This document shows positions 28,665-39,741 of a stretch of DNA of 64,000 nt, in pieces; the stretch's first letter is position 1; the number at the start of each line of letters is the position of its first letter. A program made the position numbers and the translations under genes. The notes under the pieces are model-generated. The model had not been told where the DNA came from, did no database searches, and saw only the letters and a list, made by a program, of their open reading frames with translations. Location: positions 1 through 64,000 of IMG/VR virus record IMGVR_UViG_3300032294_001887; one strand, given 5' to 3'. This stretch comes from a virus.

Positions 28665-28987
28665 TGGCATATCAATATTGGAATCGATATAGTGACTTTT
28701 TAATTAACGGTGAACAAACTGTCGTACCTTTTGTACAAATACCTCAAAAGACGACAGATAAAACATTCATCTACAAAGTTGGTAGAAGTAGATTAGATGT
28801 CGTGTCTCAAGAGTTCTACGATTCACCATACTTTGGATGGTTAATTCTCCAAGCAAATCCTGAATTTGGTGGTTTGGAAAATTACATATATGATGGTGCA
28901 GTATTGATTATTCCGTATCCTCTATTACCTTCTTTACAAGACTATAAAACTTCATTAGACAATTATTTTTATTATTATGGCAGGTAA
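28664..28987 (+). CDS. LysM-like / gp53-like baseplate wedge protein
   Basis: RLDVVSQEFY.SP.FGWLILQANP...G.VL.IP; TAATG overlap. Confidence 0.75.
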   Translation: MAYQYWNRYSDFLINGEQTVVPFVQIPQKTTDKTFIYKVGRSRLDVVSQEFYDSPYFGWLILQANPEFGGLENYIYDGAVLIIPYPLLPSLQDYKTSLDNYFYYYGR

Positions 28988-31900
28988 CTTGGTGGGGGAT
29001 AATAGTGGTAATATTTTAGTAGAATTTGATTACAATAATATTATTGTTGTTGACCCTAATAAAACTATTGACAATTTAAGGAATATTAGAGAAAGATTGG
29101 TTGACCATGAAAATTTGGTTATGTTTGCCAATCTTGAAGCGGAGGTTGTACCTAGAACCAAATTGTCTGTTGGAGGAAGCCCTGAAGATAGAAATAGGAC
29201 CATATCTGTTGCTAAAATGAATTTTTTAAGACCAACCGAAGAAAAATTCTTAACTACTGGTTATTATGATGAGTTAACAGGTAAAGACACTAAAAATGGT
29301 TTGGGGGTTAATCAGTTACAAGAACAAATTATTGACCCTAAAGATGGGACTAAACCATATTCAAAAATGGTGGTTACCGACCCCGGAGGAACCGCAACTG
29401 ATAATGGACTATTAGGTATTACCAGTATTAGTGTGAGGACAAACAGTTCATTTGTCCCAAGTGTTAGTATGACTCTTGAAGATATTCAAGGAAGGGCGTT
29501 GTTTCAACTTGGAGATAATTCACCATATTCCGCATTTTTTAACTTACCTTATTGTCCATTTTATTTAACTTTAAAAGGTTATTATGGTCAAGCTATCAGA
29601 TACCAATTAAATCTTAAAACATTTAATGCTAGATTTAATACTTTTAGTGGTAATTATCTAATTGAATTAGAATTTGTGGGATACAAGTTTAATATTTTGA
29701 ATGAAATATCAATGGGGAGTTTACTTGCGACTCCACACATGTATAGTAAAAGATTTAATATATCGAAGTCGCCGACATCGCCTGAAGGAGGTTCTAACAA
29801 AAATATTGAAGCTCAATCAAAAAGTAATGCAATTTCTAAAGAATCAACAATATCATCAGATAATGTTACAACTGAATTAGTTACGGAAAAAGGATATCAA
29901 AAAATTATTGAAGTATATAGTGAATACAAAGCCAAAGGATTAATTAGTCCTGATTTTCCTGAACTTACATTAACTCAGTTAATGAATAAACTTTTAACTT
30001 TTGAACAATCAGTTATTGACAGATACACTAAAGTTGATGTTGAACCTTTAACTAATATCAGAGCTTATAATGAAACTTTGGTGAACTATTTTAATGAAAT
30101 TTATGGAAATAAAGATTCGTGGTTTAATATATATATGAATCCAAATCCAATCATATTAAATGGTAGTGGTCAAGAAGTATACGTGTTTAAACAAGAATTT
30201 ATTAATAATCCAACAAAAAAAGAAGAAGCTAAAACACTATTAAGTGGATATACTACAGAGTTTAATAAACTATTGGCGGATAACCCAACATTAGGGATAT
30301 CAAGTCAAACACCTATTAAGAATAGTATTACTTACAATACTATGGTTAAAAATGTTATCTTTTCAGAAATAGATTTAGTAAAAACTACAACATCTCAAAC
30401 CGGTGTATTACAACCGACAAGTGAGGATATTAAACGAATTAATGAATTACTAACAAGTGCGTTTACTCCATCGCTGGAAAAGGAAGCATCAAATTCTAAA
30501 TTGGAAACTTCAGTAGGTAATGTTGTTAACCCCCCAATATTTTATTTCAGTGAATTTCAAACTTTATTGTCTAAAATGGAAGCGGAATCTAATAAAAAAT
30601 TATCTGAAGTTGAGACAATATTAACGGCTGGATTGGCTAAAAAAATACAAGAAAATATTGGATTTAGTCCAACAGTTCGAAACATTTCTGCGGTTATTAT
30701 GGCATCGGCAGAAGCATTTATTAGACTTTTAGACGATGTACACACTAATGCTTGGAATGTAAAATATGACCCAATAAGACAACTTGCTATATTAGACAAT
30801 CCATCATCGGCACCTGGTACTGATACGGTAGATAATTTTAAGATATCTGAAACCGCTCAATCATCTAATCAAGGATTAGTGAACGGTAAAATTCCCGTTT
30901 ACCCATGGCCTCAATTTTTCGTGGAAACTCCTGACGATAAAAAAGGTAGATTTCAATTGAAATATCTTGCAGACCCATCTGTAGTTAATATAACTAAGGG
31001 GTATCTTTATGAAAAATGGCCTGAAGTTGAATTTGTTGAAGAATATATGAAAGGATTAACACAAAAATTTAATCCTCCAATATCTCAACCACCAACAGAC
31101 GCTCAAAACACTACAAATATAATTAACGTAAACGCGATTGAATATCCGTCTCAAGGTATTGCATACGTTAATAAAGAAGAAGTTAAGTTTTTTTATGAGA
31201 TATGGGAAAGACAATTTTTAACTTCAAATTATTCGGGATTCATAAGAGGTAATAGTAATCAATTAAATCAATTAACTAATTTAATTGTTAGTGCGGAAAC
31301 AAATAATATTGTGACCGGATTAGGGGTTAGTTCTCCATTTTTAGCCCTAAAACTTAGAAATTATAACTTAACTTCTCAAGATTATCCTTCATTCTTATCG
31401 AGCATTTCAAATCAAGGAACCGGGCGAGCCTACCAAGACTATATTCGAGATTTTTATGTCACACCATATATTAGAAATTTAACTTCAAATTCTTTTAATA
31501 TTTTAAGTTTAACTGATTTGGGAAGAGAACCTCAAACAAGTACAAAGTCTCAAGGTCTTTTACAATTAGTTAATAATGCCCCTAATGAACCATTAGTTAT
31601 TGATACATATCCATTTACAGACCCAACATGGGTATCGACAAATATGGCGAATAGTACAACCAACACTAAAAATTTTGTATATAATACGAATAGAGTGTTA
31701 ACGGTGTTTGAAGATAGGGATGTTATTTCAAACTTCAATAGTGTTTACGATTATAGTAAAAATAGACCAGTCACAAACTTTTCATATTTAAAGGTTTCTA
31801 ATCCGACAAATCAAATAACCTCTATTGGTTTATCAGGATTTTATAACATAAGAAAAGACCCAACATTTTTTATTCCTACCGAAGGATTCGTAAATTACTT

Positions 31901-34900
31901 TTCACCAAGTAAGAACTTATCAGTCGAAACCACAACTTCAATGTTGAACACACCATATTTTATTAATGCAATTCAAAATGGGGTGTATAATTGGAGAAGA
32001 AAGGACCCACATCCATACACACAAGCGGCTTACTTATTTATTAATTCATTACCATTAGCGTCCTTAAAAGAAAAATATAAGACATTAGACGCTTCAAGTG
32101 ACTTAGATTATATCGCTACTTGTTTTAAAAAGTTTGGCGCGATACATAAGATGCCATACGCTTGGGTTTTGAAGATGGGTTCAATATGGCATAGATATAA
32201 AACATATAAGGCAAGTAATGTTGATATTTTAGATTCTGTTTGGAAAGACTTTAATTATAAAGAAAACTTTGACCCAATAGCCAGTGCCGATACAAAAACA
32301 TATACTTTTAATTTTGACGGAACAAATAATATAACACTACAAAACACTTCAAACAATATTAATAGGATTCAAACAGGATTTTATCCAAAAGTTATAAATG
32401 ACTTTAACGTATTTTACAATGGGTATGATTTGTATAGTGGATACACAAATGATGAAATACAAAAAAGTGTGGATAATGGTGTTAAAGTTTATAATTTTAC
32501 GGATTCAAATATTAATATCCAAAGTGGGACATCATATTCAAATATTCAAACATGGTCTGTAGTAATACCTAACGGTATTTTTAGTCTAACAAATGTTGGG
32601 TCGGTTTGTAATCCAAGTAATAACACTCTTTCTGATACATATTATATTGCTCCATCGTTTGGAACTCAACTTAACCAAGTAAGTGTTGAATGTATTAGTA
32701 ATAATGTTCAGGTTTGTCCTTTCATTAATAATCCTTCAATATATAATGGTTCTGTTAGATTACTATGGTCAGCACCGAACTATGGATATTTTAATAATAG
32801 TGAAATCTCAAAACCACAACCGGATTCATATGTTAATAAAATTAAAACTGGTTCAGAACAACAATCTTCGTTTAGGTTATTGATGGACAAAGATTATTCT
32901 AATATAGAGGAGATATTTTCAGTTTTCAGTAAAGATATTTTGGATAAATTTGAACAAGAATTCTTAAATTTCTCTAAACCGGTTGCTAATATTGATTTAG
33001 GTCCTCAAGTCGTTGTTCCTATTGGTGTATCACCTACTGACCCAAATGGGTTATTTAAAAACTTCCAATATCTTTTTAGAAATTTAATGGAAGTTAATTC
33101 CAATAATCCTTCAGTTACAACCGCAGAGTATTTTAAAACAATTGGAGAGGCCCAACTAACGGTATTTTCAAATACCATAAAATCGTTTTTAGAGTATGAT
33201 GTTATTTTAAAATATGGTAACCCCGCACAATATAACCGAAGAGTAATGGATTCTTATCTCGCTCAAGGAGGAGGTAATAATCCAATTGTTGACCCAATAG
33301 TTTTTAACCCATATGTTAGAAATAGTTTACCGTCTAAATTAAATACTACTACTCTTGCGGCATCTAAATCTAGTAATCCACAAGCTTGGTTTGAATTGGA
33401 AACTCAAGTCGGGTTCTCAACAATTACTAATTTAAAATATACTGATTCTGGTTCGTATATTACAGACTTTTTCATTGATAATGATATTGAATTTACTCAA
33501 AACAATGTAATATTATTGGTACCAATCATTAAAATGTTTGCAACTCAAAAATTATATACACCAACTTTATCAAGAAATGAATTTAAAAATAGATTACAAA
33601 TTTATCTAAATTCGACAACTGAGTTTCAAAGTAATCTCTTAAACTTGATATTAAGTCAAGTTAGAGGTAACTTACCTGACCAACAAGAATTACCTGAAAG
33701 AGTTATTCAAAGTTCAATTGATGGACAACAAAGTAAAGTTGAAAATTATGAGGTATTTAAGGCATTAAATGATAAGTGGGTTGCTGGTTCTGATTATACA
33801 TCTAAAACTTTATTTGAGGATGTTATGTTCTTAGATAGGGCATCAAGAAATATTGGAGACACAATTCTTGTTGATATATTTGATTTGAAAGACACATTAA
33901 GTGAAAATTCTCTTAATATGGAAATGAGTGTGTTCACATTTTTAAGCGGTATTTTAATTAAAAATAAATTTAATATCATGCCACTTCCGGCGTATGTTAA
34001 TTTTTATAATATACAGGAAGTTGACGGAACAACAACGGCACAAGCTGACGGAAGTTTAGAATTTGCTGACAATATGTGGGGAACATTTTTGAATGTTGAT
34101 TATAGAAAATCGGGACCTAAAATGATTTGTTTTTATGCTGGAATGCCTTCATCTTACTTGGCATTACCAAAAGGTAATTCAAGATTTAGAGACGACGCTT
34201 TTGATTTAAGAAGAGCCTCGGATAATCCTTTAATTGAAAATCAAACAAATAAAAAAGATTGGGCGGTATCAAACAAGTGTGTTGGATTTAATGTCGATTT
34301 TGGTATTAGAAATCAAAATATTTTTACGTCACTTCAAGTTTCTATGGATAGTGGTAAGGCAACATCGGAAACTATTGAAACTCAGTTAAATATGGTTAAT
34401 CAAGCTTCAGGTAGAAATGTTGCAACACAAAATGTTGGTCTATATAACTTGTATAAACAGAGAAGTTATGGTTGTCAAGTTCAATCTTTAGGTAATGCAT
34501 TATTACAACCTACAATGTATTTTAATTTAAGACACGTCCCAATGTTTAACGGGCCTTATTTTATAACTGAAGTTAATCATAACATTACTCCCGGTAATTT
34601 TGAAACAACATTCAATGGAGTTAGACAAGGTATTTATGATTTACCATCAATTGATAGTTTCTTACAGAGTGTTAATCAAAATTTATTAACTCAAATTGAA
34701 ACTATAGTTAAGAATAGAAAAGATAGTGTCACCGGAAAAGCAATTACCAATATAGATAAATCTAAATACATAACCCAAACTGCTAATAACACTGCGGCCG
34801 CTCAAAATTCATGTATTGTAAATTTACAAGGAACTCCATATGTTACTTGGGCTGACGTACAAACATCAGTTAGTACGACCATAACTCCACAAGAATTTGC

Positions 34901-36569
34901 TAATGAACTTATAAAGAAAACTAGTAACGTGGAATTACAACAACTAATTTACTCAATATGTTATGTTAATACGTTCCCTCAGAAAGGTGCTAAGTTTGAA
35001 GGGTATAACAACAATTATGCTAATATAACATTAACTAATGACTATGGGTATAGTGCGGGTGATTTCATACAAAAAAAATGTGCGTGCGTTAATATCTCAA
35101 ATTCAACTGGTAACCCAACATCACAACCAATTGCCATTTTTGAAACAATTGGTAAGTTTTTTGATTTTATGATTGCTAGATTAAGGGCAAATGTTAATAG
35201 AGTTTATGGTGAAACCAATATTGGTGTTCCTAAATATTATGTATGTTATTGGCCGGTATCAAAAATTTCGGAATCATATTACGATAGTCATTTGAGTGAA
35301 TATAGTGAATTAATAAAAAGATTTAATGCTTCTTTTGATGCTGCCAAAGAAGTTGGAATAAATGTTGCAAAACCTATAACACCAACCACCCCAACCACAA
35401 CACCAGTACCAAATAATTTAAATACAACCACAACGGTTGTTCCATCTTGTCCTTCACCTACCATAACATCATTCTCACCATTAACAGGTATTAGTGGAAC
35501 TATATTAACAATAGTTGGTAAAGATTTAGACCAAATAACGGGAGTTACAATTAATAATGTTACAACAAATAGTAACATAACGATTAATAATCCATTTAAT
35601 ATTAGTGTTGTAGTACCATTTAGTAATACACCGGTTCAACAACAAAATCCAATAATAGTTAGAGGAGTTAATGGAAATGCTACGAGTCAAAGTGGATTTA
35701 CATATAATCCAGCTCAGGTTACACCAGTCCCAAGTAATTCTACGAATACAAATGTACAACCACAACAATCCGGGCCTGTTACTTTAAATGCTCAGACACA
35801 AACATCTCCGGGTGGAGTCACTCAACAATTAACGGTTTCGGTTAACCCACAAGCTGCGGCATTAAACACATGGGTTTTAGAACAAAATGTCACAATGATT
35901 ATTTCTGTTTACAATAATTCCGTTGTTAACAATGTTACAACGCAAACATTAAATAGAACGGTAACAACAACGGTATCTAATTATGTTTCGGGTAATGTGT
36001 TCACCATGACTTATAATAATGTTGCAGATATGTTAGTTAATAACCCAATACCTCAATTCCAAACAGCACCTATTGAAGATGGTCAAACCGCTAATATTAA
36101 ATTTACGGTTACTGCGGTTCCTGTGGATAAAGTTGAAAACCCTCAAAATGTGTCACAAACATTTAATTTCGCATTTACACCAATATCCTCAACAACACAA
36201 ACAAAACCAGGTGCATTATTTAAAGTTTCCGAAACATATGGAGGAAATGTACCAAATTTTAATGGTAGTGATTACTACAATATTAAAAAACCTACTGGAG
36301 GATACATTACATACCAATTTACTTGTACAAAACTAATTTCTAAGGGAAAAGTTGAAGTATATTCAATACCTGACCTTGTTAAACAAAATATTACGATAAC
36401 CAATAACTCAGGCACAAAATACACAAATGTTATTGAATTTAATACTTTAGGAACATTCCAACTTTCGGTTGAGTACACATCAGAAGATTATGTGGGAACC
36501 AATACAACTTTATTAAGCTTTGGTAAACCAATTTCTGTATTTGCAACATCACCACCATTCACTTTATAA
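28977..36569 (+). CDS. Giant baseplate hub-like protein (2530 aa) with C-terminal IPT/TIG-like domain
   Basis: LGNALLQP...GPYFITEVNHNI...FETTFNG hub motif; PTITSFSPLTG..GTILTIVG. Confidence 0.6.
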   Translation: MAGNLVGDNSGNILVEFDYNNIIVVDPNKTIDNLRNIRERLVDHENLVMFANLEAEVVPRTKLSVGGSPEDRNRTISVAKMNFLRPTEEKFLTTGYYDELTGKDTKNGLGVNQLQEQIIDPKDGTKPYSKMVVTDPGGTATDNGLLGITSISVRTNSSFVPSVSMTLEDIQGRALFQLGDNSPYSAFFNLPYCPFYLTLKGYYGQAIRYQLNLKTFNARFNTFSGNYLIELEFVGYKFNILNEISMGSLLATPHMYSKRFNISKSPTSPEGGSNKNIEAQSKSNAISKESTISSDNVTTELVTEKGYQKIIEVYSEYKAKGLISPDFPELTLTQLMNKLLTFEQSVIDRYTKVDVEPLTNIRAYNETLVNYFNEIYGNKDSWFNIYMNPNPIILNGSGQEVYVFKQEFINNPTKKEEAKTLLSGYTTEFNKLLADNPTLGISSQTPIKNSITYNTMVKNVIFSEIDLVKTTTSQTGVLQPTSEDIKRINELLTSAFTPSLEKEASNSKLETSVGNVVNPPIFYFSEFQTLLSKMEAESNKKLSEVETILTAGLAKKIQENIGFSPTVRNISAVIMASAEAFIRLLDDVHTNAWNVKYDPIRQLAILDNPSSAPGTDTVDNFKISETAQSSNQGLVNGKIPVYPWPQFFVETPDDKKGRFQLKYLADPSVVNITKGYLYEKWPEVEFVEEYMKGLTQKFNPPISQPPTDAQNTTNIINVNAIEYPSQGIAYVNKEEVKFFYEIWERQFLTSNYSGFIRGNSNQLNQLTNLIVSAETNNIVTGLGVSSPFLALKLRNYNLTSQDYPSFLSSISNQGTGRAYQDYIRDFYVTPYIRNLTSNSFNILSLTDLGREPQTSTKSQGLLQLVNNAPNEPLVIDTYPFTDPTWVSTNMANSTTNTKNFVYNTNRVLTVFEDRDVISNFNSVYDYSKNRPVTNFSYLKVSNPTNQITSIGLSGFYNIRKDPTFFIPTEGFVNYFSPSKNLSVETTTSMLNTPYFINAIQNGVYNWRRKDPHPYTQAAYLFINSLPLASLKEKYKTLDASSDLDYIATCFKKFGAIHKMPYAWVLKMGSIWHRYKTYKASNVDILDSVWKDFNYKENFDPIASADTKTYTFNFDGTNNITLQNTSNNINRIQTGFYPKVINDFNVFYNGYDLYSGYTNDEIQKSVDNGVKVYNFTDSNINIQSGTSYSNIQTWSVVIPNGIFSLTNVGSVCNPSNNTLSDTYYIAPSFGTQLNQVSVECISNNVQVCPFINNPSIYNGSVRLLWSAPNYGYFNNSEISKPQPDSYVNKIKTGSEQQSSFRLLMDKDYSNIEEIFSVFSKDILDKFEQEFLNFSKPVANIDLGPQVVVPIGVSPTDPNGLFKNFQYLFRNLMEVNSNNPSVTTAEYFKTIGEAQLTVFSNTIKSFLEYDVILKYGNPAQYNRRVMDSYLAQGGGNNPIVDPIVFNPYVRNSLPSKLNTTTLAASKSSNPQAWFELETQVGFSTITNLKYTDSGSYITDFFIDNDIEFTQNNVILLVPIIKMFATQKLYTPTLSRNEFKNRLQIYLNSTTEFQSNLLNLILSQVRGNLPDQQELPERVIQSSIDGQQSKVENYEVFKALNDKWVAGSDYTSKTLFEDVMFLDRASRNIGDTILVDIFDLKDTLSENSLNMEMSVFTFLSGILIKNKFNIMPLPAYVNFYNIQEVDGTTTAQADGSLEFADNMWGTFLNVDYRKSGPKMICFYAGMPSSYLALPKGNSRFRDDAFDLRRASDNPLIENQTNKKDWAVSNKCVGFNVDFGIRNQNIFTSLQVSMDSGKATSETIETQLNMVNQASGRNVATQNVGLYNLYKQRSYGCQVQSLGNALLQPTMYFNLRHVPMFNGPYFITEVNHNITPGNFETTFNGVRQGIYDLPSIDSFLQSVNQNLLTQIETIVKNRKDSVTGKAITNIDKSKYITQTANNTAAAQNSCIVNLQGTPYVTWADVQTSVSTTITPQEFANELIKKTSNVELQQLIYSICYVNTFPQKGAKFEGYNNNYANITLTNDYGYSAGDFIQKKCACVNISNSTGNPTSQPIAIFETIGKFFDFMIARLRANVNRVYGETNIGVPKYYVCYWPVSKISESYYDSHLSEYSELIKRFNASFDAAKEVGINVAKPITPTTPTTTPVPNNLNTTTTVVPSCPSPTITSFSPLTGISGTILTIVGKDLDQITGVTINNVTTNSNITINNPFNISVVVPFSNTPVQQQNPIIVRGVNGNATSQSGFTYNPAQVTPVPSNSTNTNVQPQQSGPVTLNAQTQTSPGGVTQQLTVSVNPQAAALNTWVLEQNVTMIISVYNNSVVNNVTTQTLNRTVTTTVSNYVSGNVFTMTYNNVADMLVNNPIPQFQTAPIEDGQTANIKFTVTAVPVDKVENPQNVSQTFNFAFTPISSTTQTKPGALFKVSETYGGNVPNFNGSDYYNIKKPTGGYITYQFTCTKLISKGKVEVYSIPDLVKQNITITNNSGTKYTNVIEFNTLGTFQLSVEYTSEDYVGTNTTLLSFGKPISVFATSPPFTL

Positions 36570-36579
36570 CATAACGATA

Positions 36580-36587
36580 TATTTATA
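36580..36587 (+). promoter_or_regulatory. TATTTATA motif
   Basis: Upstream of 36603. Confidence 0.6.
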
Positions 36588-36602
36588 TATAAAAATAATT
36601 TT

Positions 36603-36827
36603 ATGAATTTAAAAGCAACATTAGACAACTATCTTGGAAAATCGGTTAGATATTCTGAAGAGGACAATGGAGACGGAACTAAACAAGTTTGTGATTTAGA
36701 TACTGGTGATTGTTATGTGGTTAGAGAAAGAGACGGTCTGATTGAAAGAGCCGGACATCAAACAACTGCCAATAGAAGAGTTAGAGTTGAAACTTCAAGA
36801 GGAATTAAACAATTATTAAACGGATAA
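36603..36827 (+). CDS. Hypothetical protein
   Basis: 74-aa ORF with own promoter motif. Confidence 0.7.
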   Translation: MNLKATLDNYLGKSVRYSEEDNGDGTKQVCDLDTGDCYVVRERDGLIERAGHQTTANRRVRVETSRGIKQLLNG

Positions 36828-36831
36828 TAAA

Positions 36832-37482
36832 ATGAGTTTAGATAAAAAAATATTAGAAGAAATCCAAAGATATAAAAGTATTAATAACTATATCTCAGAA
36901 CAGGATGCAATTGATGATTTAACTGCACCATTACCTGGAGCTGAAACAGCACCGGCACCCGGAGCAGAAGCAACACCACCGGCATCCGGAGCAGATACAA
37001 CACCACAACCAATTGATGTTGAAACTGACCCTGATGTTGAAAAAATTGATGATGAAGGAAAATCTGAAGAAGGTGAAGAATCTGATTCGGAAGAATTGGA
37101 CATCACCGAATTGGTCGATGCTCAAAAAAATATCTCAACCAAACAAGATGATTATTTTGAAAATTTATTTAATCAATTAAATAGTTTGGAACAAAAATTG
37201 GGTGAGATGGATACCATTATGAATAAACTTAATTCACTTGAAAATAAAATTGAGAAATACAGAGAAAAAACACCTCAAGAAAAATTAGAATTAAGAAGTT
37301 ATGACTCATACCCATTCAATCAAAAACTATCACAATTTTTTGATGACAAACAAGAGGAGATGGAAAAAACAGGAAAAAATGATTATGTTTTAACATCAGA
37401 TGATGTGACAGACATAAATGTAAGTGATATCAAAAATTCATTTCAAGGTGGAGGATTTAAAGACGATTTAAAATACAGATAA
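36832..37482 (+). CDS. Acidic coiled-coil protein (possible head core/scaffold-type)
   Basis: KKILEEI...ISEQ N-terminus, P/A linker, acidic tract, heptad region. Confidence 0.6.
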   Translation: MSLDKKILEEIQRYKSINNYISEQDAIDDLTAPLPGAETAPAPGAEATPPASGADTTPQPIDVETDPDVEKIDDEGKSEEGEESDSEELDITELVDAQKNISTKQDDYFENLFNQLNSLEQKLGEMDTIMNKLNSLENKIEKYREKTPQEKLELRSYDSYPFNQKLSQFFDDKQEEMEKTGKNDYVLTSDDVTDINVSDIKNSFQGGGFKDDLKYR

Positions 37483-37502
37483 AGAGAAAAAAAATAAATG
37501 AG

Positions 37503-37529
37503 AAAACCACCCAAAAGGTGGTTTTTTTT
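37503..37529 (+). terminator. Intrinsic terminator
   Basis: AAAACCACC-caaaa-GGTGGTTTT plus T run. Confidence 0.85.
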
Positions 37530-37531
37530 AT

Positions 37532-37560
37532 TTGACAAAGAGACTAATTTCAGTTATTAT
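37532..37560 (+). promoter_or_regulatory. Sigma70-like promoter of replication block
   Basis: TTGACA-N17-TATTAT. Confidence 0.7.
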
Positions 37561-37596
37561 TAACTTAATTATTATAACATTTAAAATTTAAAACAC

Positions 37597-38460
37597 ATGA
37601 TGAGTTCATTAGACGCCGTATTGGCACAGTACGAAAAAGCACAACAAGCAGGGGGCGGGGCCCAAAGTAAAATGTCTCAAGATGAAAGAATGAAAAAGTA
37701 TTTCGCTCTTATTCTTGGGGAAAAAGAAAAATCAGGACAACGAAGAGTTCGTATCCTACCAACACAAGATGGTAGTTCACCATTTAAAGAAGCTTGGTAT
37801 CACGAAATCCAAGTAGGTGGACAATGGCAAAAATTCTATGACCCGGGAAAGAATGACAATGAGCGTTCTCCATTAAACGAAGTTTATGAGGAGTTGATGT
37901 CTACGGGTAAAGAGTCTGACAAAGAATTAGCAAAACAATATAAATCTCGTAAATTTTACATCGTTAAAGTTATCGATAGAGATAATGAAGCAGATGGACC
38001 AAAATTTTGGAGATTCAAACATAACTATAAAAATGATGGTATCTTGGATAAGATTATTCCTATTTGGAGAAACAAAGGAGACATCACAGACCCTGAAAAA
38101 GGTCGTGACCTTATCATTGAACTTGCAAAGTCTAAAACACCGGCAGGTAAAGAATATACAAGTGTGTCGACGATTATGTATGATGACCCGACTCAGGTTC
38201 ATGAAGAAAAAGAACAAGCTAACTCTTGGATTAATGATGAATTGACTTGGTTGGATGTTTATTCTAAAAAACCTGTTGAATATCTTGAAGCTATCGCTCG
38301 TGGAGAAACTCCAAAATGGGATAGTGAGAAAGGTGGATATGTTTATGGTAATGATACAGAATCTACCACAACTATGGGTGGCTCTAAAAAAACAGAAACA
38401 AAAACAACAATCGTTGACCCTCAAGTAAATGATGTGGTCGATGGTGATTTACCATTCTAA
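37597..38460 (+). CDS. Single-stranded DNA-binding protein (T4 gp32-like)
   Basis: RVRILP, PF...WYH, KGRDLII, acidic tail ending DGDLPF. Confidence 0.8.
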   Translation: MMSSLDAVLAQYEKAQQAGGGAQSKMSQDERMKKYFALILGEKEKSGQRRVRILPTQDGSSPFKEAWYHEIQVGGQWQKFYDPGKNDNERSPLNEVYEELMSTGKESDKELAKQYKSRKFYIVKVIDRDNEADGPKFWRFKHNYKNDGILDKIIPIWRNKGDITDPEKGRDLIIELAKSKTPAGKEYTSVSTIMYDDPTQVHEEKEQANSWINDELTWLDVYSKKPVEYLEAIARGETPKWDSEKGGYVYGNDTESTTTMGGSKKTETKTTIVDPQVNDVVDGDLPF

Positions 38461-38473
38461 TAACTCATCGAAG

Positions 38474-38513
38474 ACATTCTCAAAGACATTTTGTCCTTGA
38501 GAATGTTTTTTTT
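38474..38513 (+). terminator. Intrinsic terminator after SSB
   Basis: ACATTCTCAA...TTGAGAATGT plus T run. Confidence 0.75.
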
Positions 38514-38530
38514 AAATAAAAACAAAAATT

Positions 38531-39538
38531 ATGGCAATAAAGAAAAATGATTTCAGTTCGTTGAAGAAAAAGTTCTCAACATCTGCAAAATATAAACCAC
38601 AAAGATTTTTTGATTTGGGTCCTGACTTCTTGGATGCGGTAGGATTACCAGGTCCGGCAATTGGACATTTGAATATGTTATTGGGTCACTCTGATACGGG
38701 TAAAACAACGGCATTAGTTAAAACTGCGGTTGACGCTCAAAAGAAAGGTATTCTTCCTGTATTCATTATTACAGAACAGAAATGGAGCTTTGAACATGCT
38801 AAACTTATGGGATTCCAATGTGAAGAAGTTGTTGATGAAGAAACAGGTGAACTTGATTGGGATGGATTCTTTATAATAAACAATAATTTTGAGTATATTG
38901 AACAGATTACAGATTACATAAATGAATTATTAGATGCTCAAGAGAAAGGTGAGTTAGATTATGATTTGTGTATAATGTGGGATTCGGTAGGTTCAATTCC
39001 GTGTAAAATGACTTATGACGGAAAGGGAGGTAAGCAACATACGGCAGGTGTTCTATCAGATAAAATTGGTATGGGAATCAACCAAAGAATATCAGGTTCT
39101 CGTAGAGCAGATTCAAAATATGAAAACACTTTAGTAATTGTTAACCAACCATGGGTGAGTTTACCTGATAACCCTTTTAGTCAGCCTAAAATTATGTCTA
39201 AAGGAGGTAATGCGGTTTGGCTTAACTCATCTTTAGTTTTCCTATTTGGAAATCAAAAAGATGCTGGTACTTCTAAAATTACCGCTACAAAAGATAAACG
39301 CTCAATTAAATTTGCAATACGAAGTAAGGTGTCTGTCTTAAAAAATCACATATCAGGATTAGGTTATGATGATGGTAAAATAATTGTTACGCCACATGGA
39401 TTTTTGGCTGGTAAAGATTCTACTGAAGAAAAATCTAATATTGAAAAATACAAAAAAGAGTATGCGGAATATTGGAAAGACATTATTGGTGTTGATGGTG
39501 ATTTTGATTTGAAAGAAGAATTTGAGGAAGATAAATAA
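38531..39538 (+). CDS. recA: RecA/UvsX-like recombinase
   Basis: Walker A GHSDTGKT, Walker B IMWDSVG, VIVNQ, KGG. Confidence 0.85.
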   Translation: MAIKKNDFSSLKKKFSTSAKYKPQRFFDLGPDFLDAVGLPGPAIGHLNMLLGHSDTGKTTALVKTAVDAQKKGILPVFIITEQKWSFEHAKLMGFQCEEVVDEETGELDWDGFFIINNNFEYIEQITDYINELLDAQEKGELDYDLCIMWDSVGSIPCKMTYDGKGGKQHTAGVLSDKIGMGINQRISGSRRADSKYENTLVIVNQPWVSLPDNPFSQPKIMSKGGNAVWLNSSLVFLFGNQKDAGTSKITATKDKRSIKFAIRSKVSVLKNHISGLGYDDGKIIVTPHGFLAGKDSTEEKSNIEKYKKEYAEYWKDIIGVDGDFDLKEEFEEDK

Positions 39539-39577
39539 AAAAAGTTGTAATTATTCTACTTTTATTATATTTGCAGA

Positions 39578-39585
39578 TATTTATT
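39578..39585 (+). promoter_or_regulatory. TATTTAT motif of cassette 2
   Basis: Begins 11 nt before ATG 39589; TATATTTG (Bacteroidota -7-like) at 39566-39573. Confidence 0.55.
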
Positions 39586-39588
39586 AAT

Positions 39589-39741
39589 ATGGGAAGAAAG
39601 AAAAAAGAAGAAATTGAAAAAAAAGTTAAGATTGGAGTTTCGGTTGACCCCGAGCTTCCACAATACTTTAAAGACAAATCTATTAATCTATCTTCTCTTG
39701 TTAATAAGTTGTTAAAAGAATATATTAAAAATGGAAACTAA
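39589..39741 (+). CDS. 50-aa ribbon-helix-helix-like protein (not in ORF track)
   Basis: MGRKKKEEIEKKVKIGVSVDPELPQYFKDKSINLSSLVNKLLKEYIKNGN; paralog of 7836-7991. Confidence 0.78.
   Translation: MGRKKKEEIEKKVKIGVSVDPELPQYFKDKSINLSSLVNKLLKEYIKNGN

Noticed and set aside
39483-39677. 64-aa minus-strand ORF from the track
   Set aside because: Shadow of the recA end and of the plus-strand RHH-like ORF, which has a paralog and a promoter
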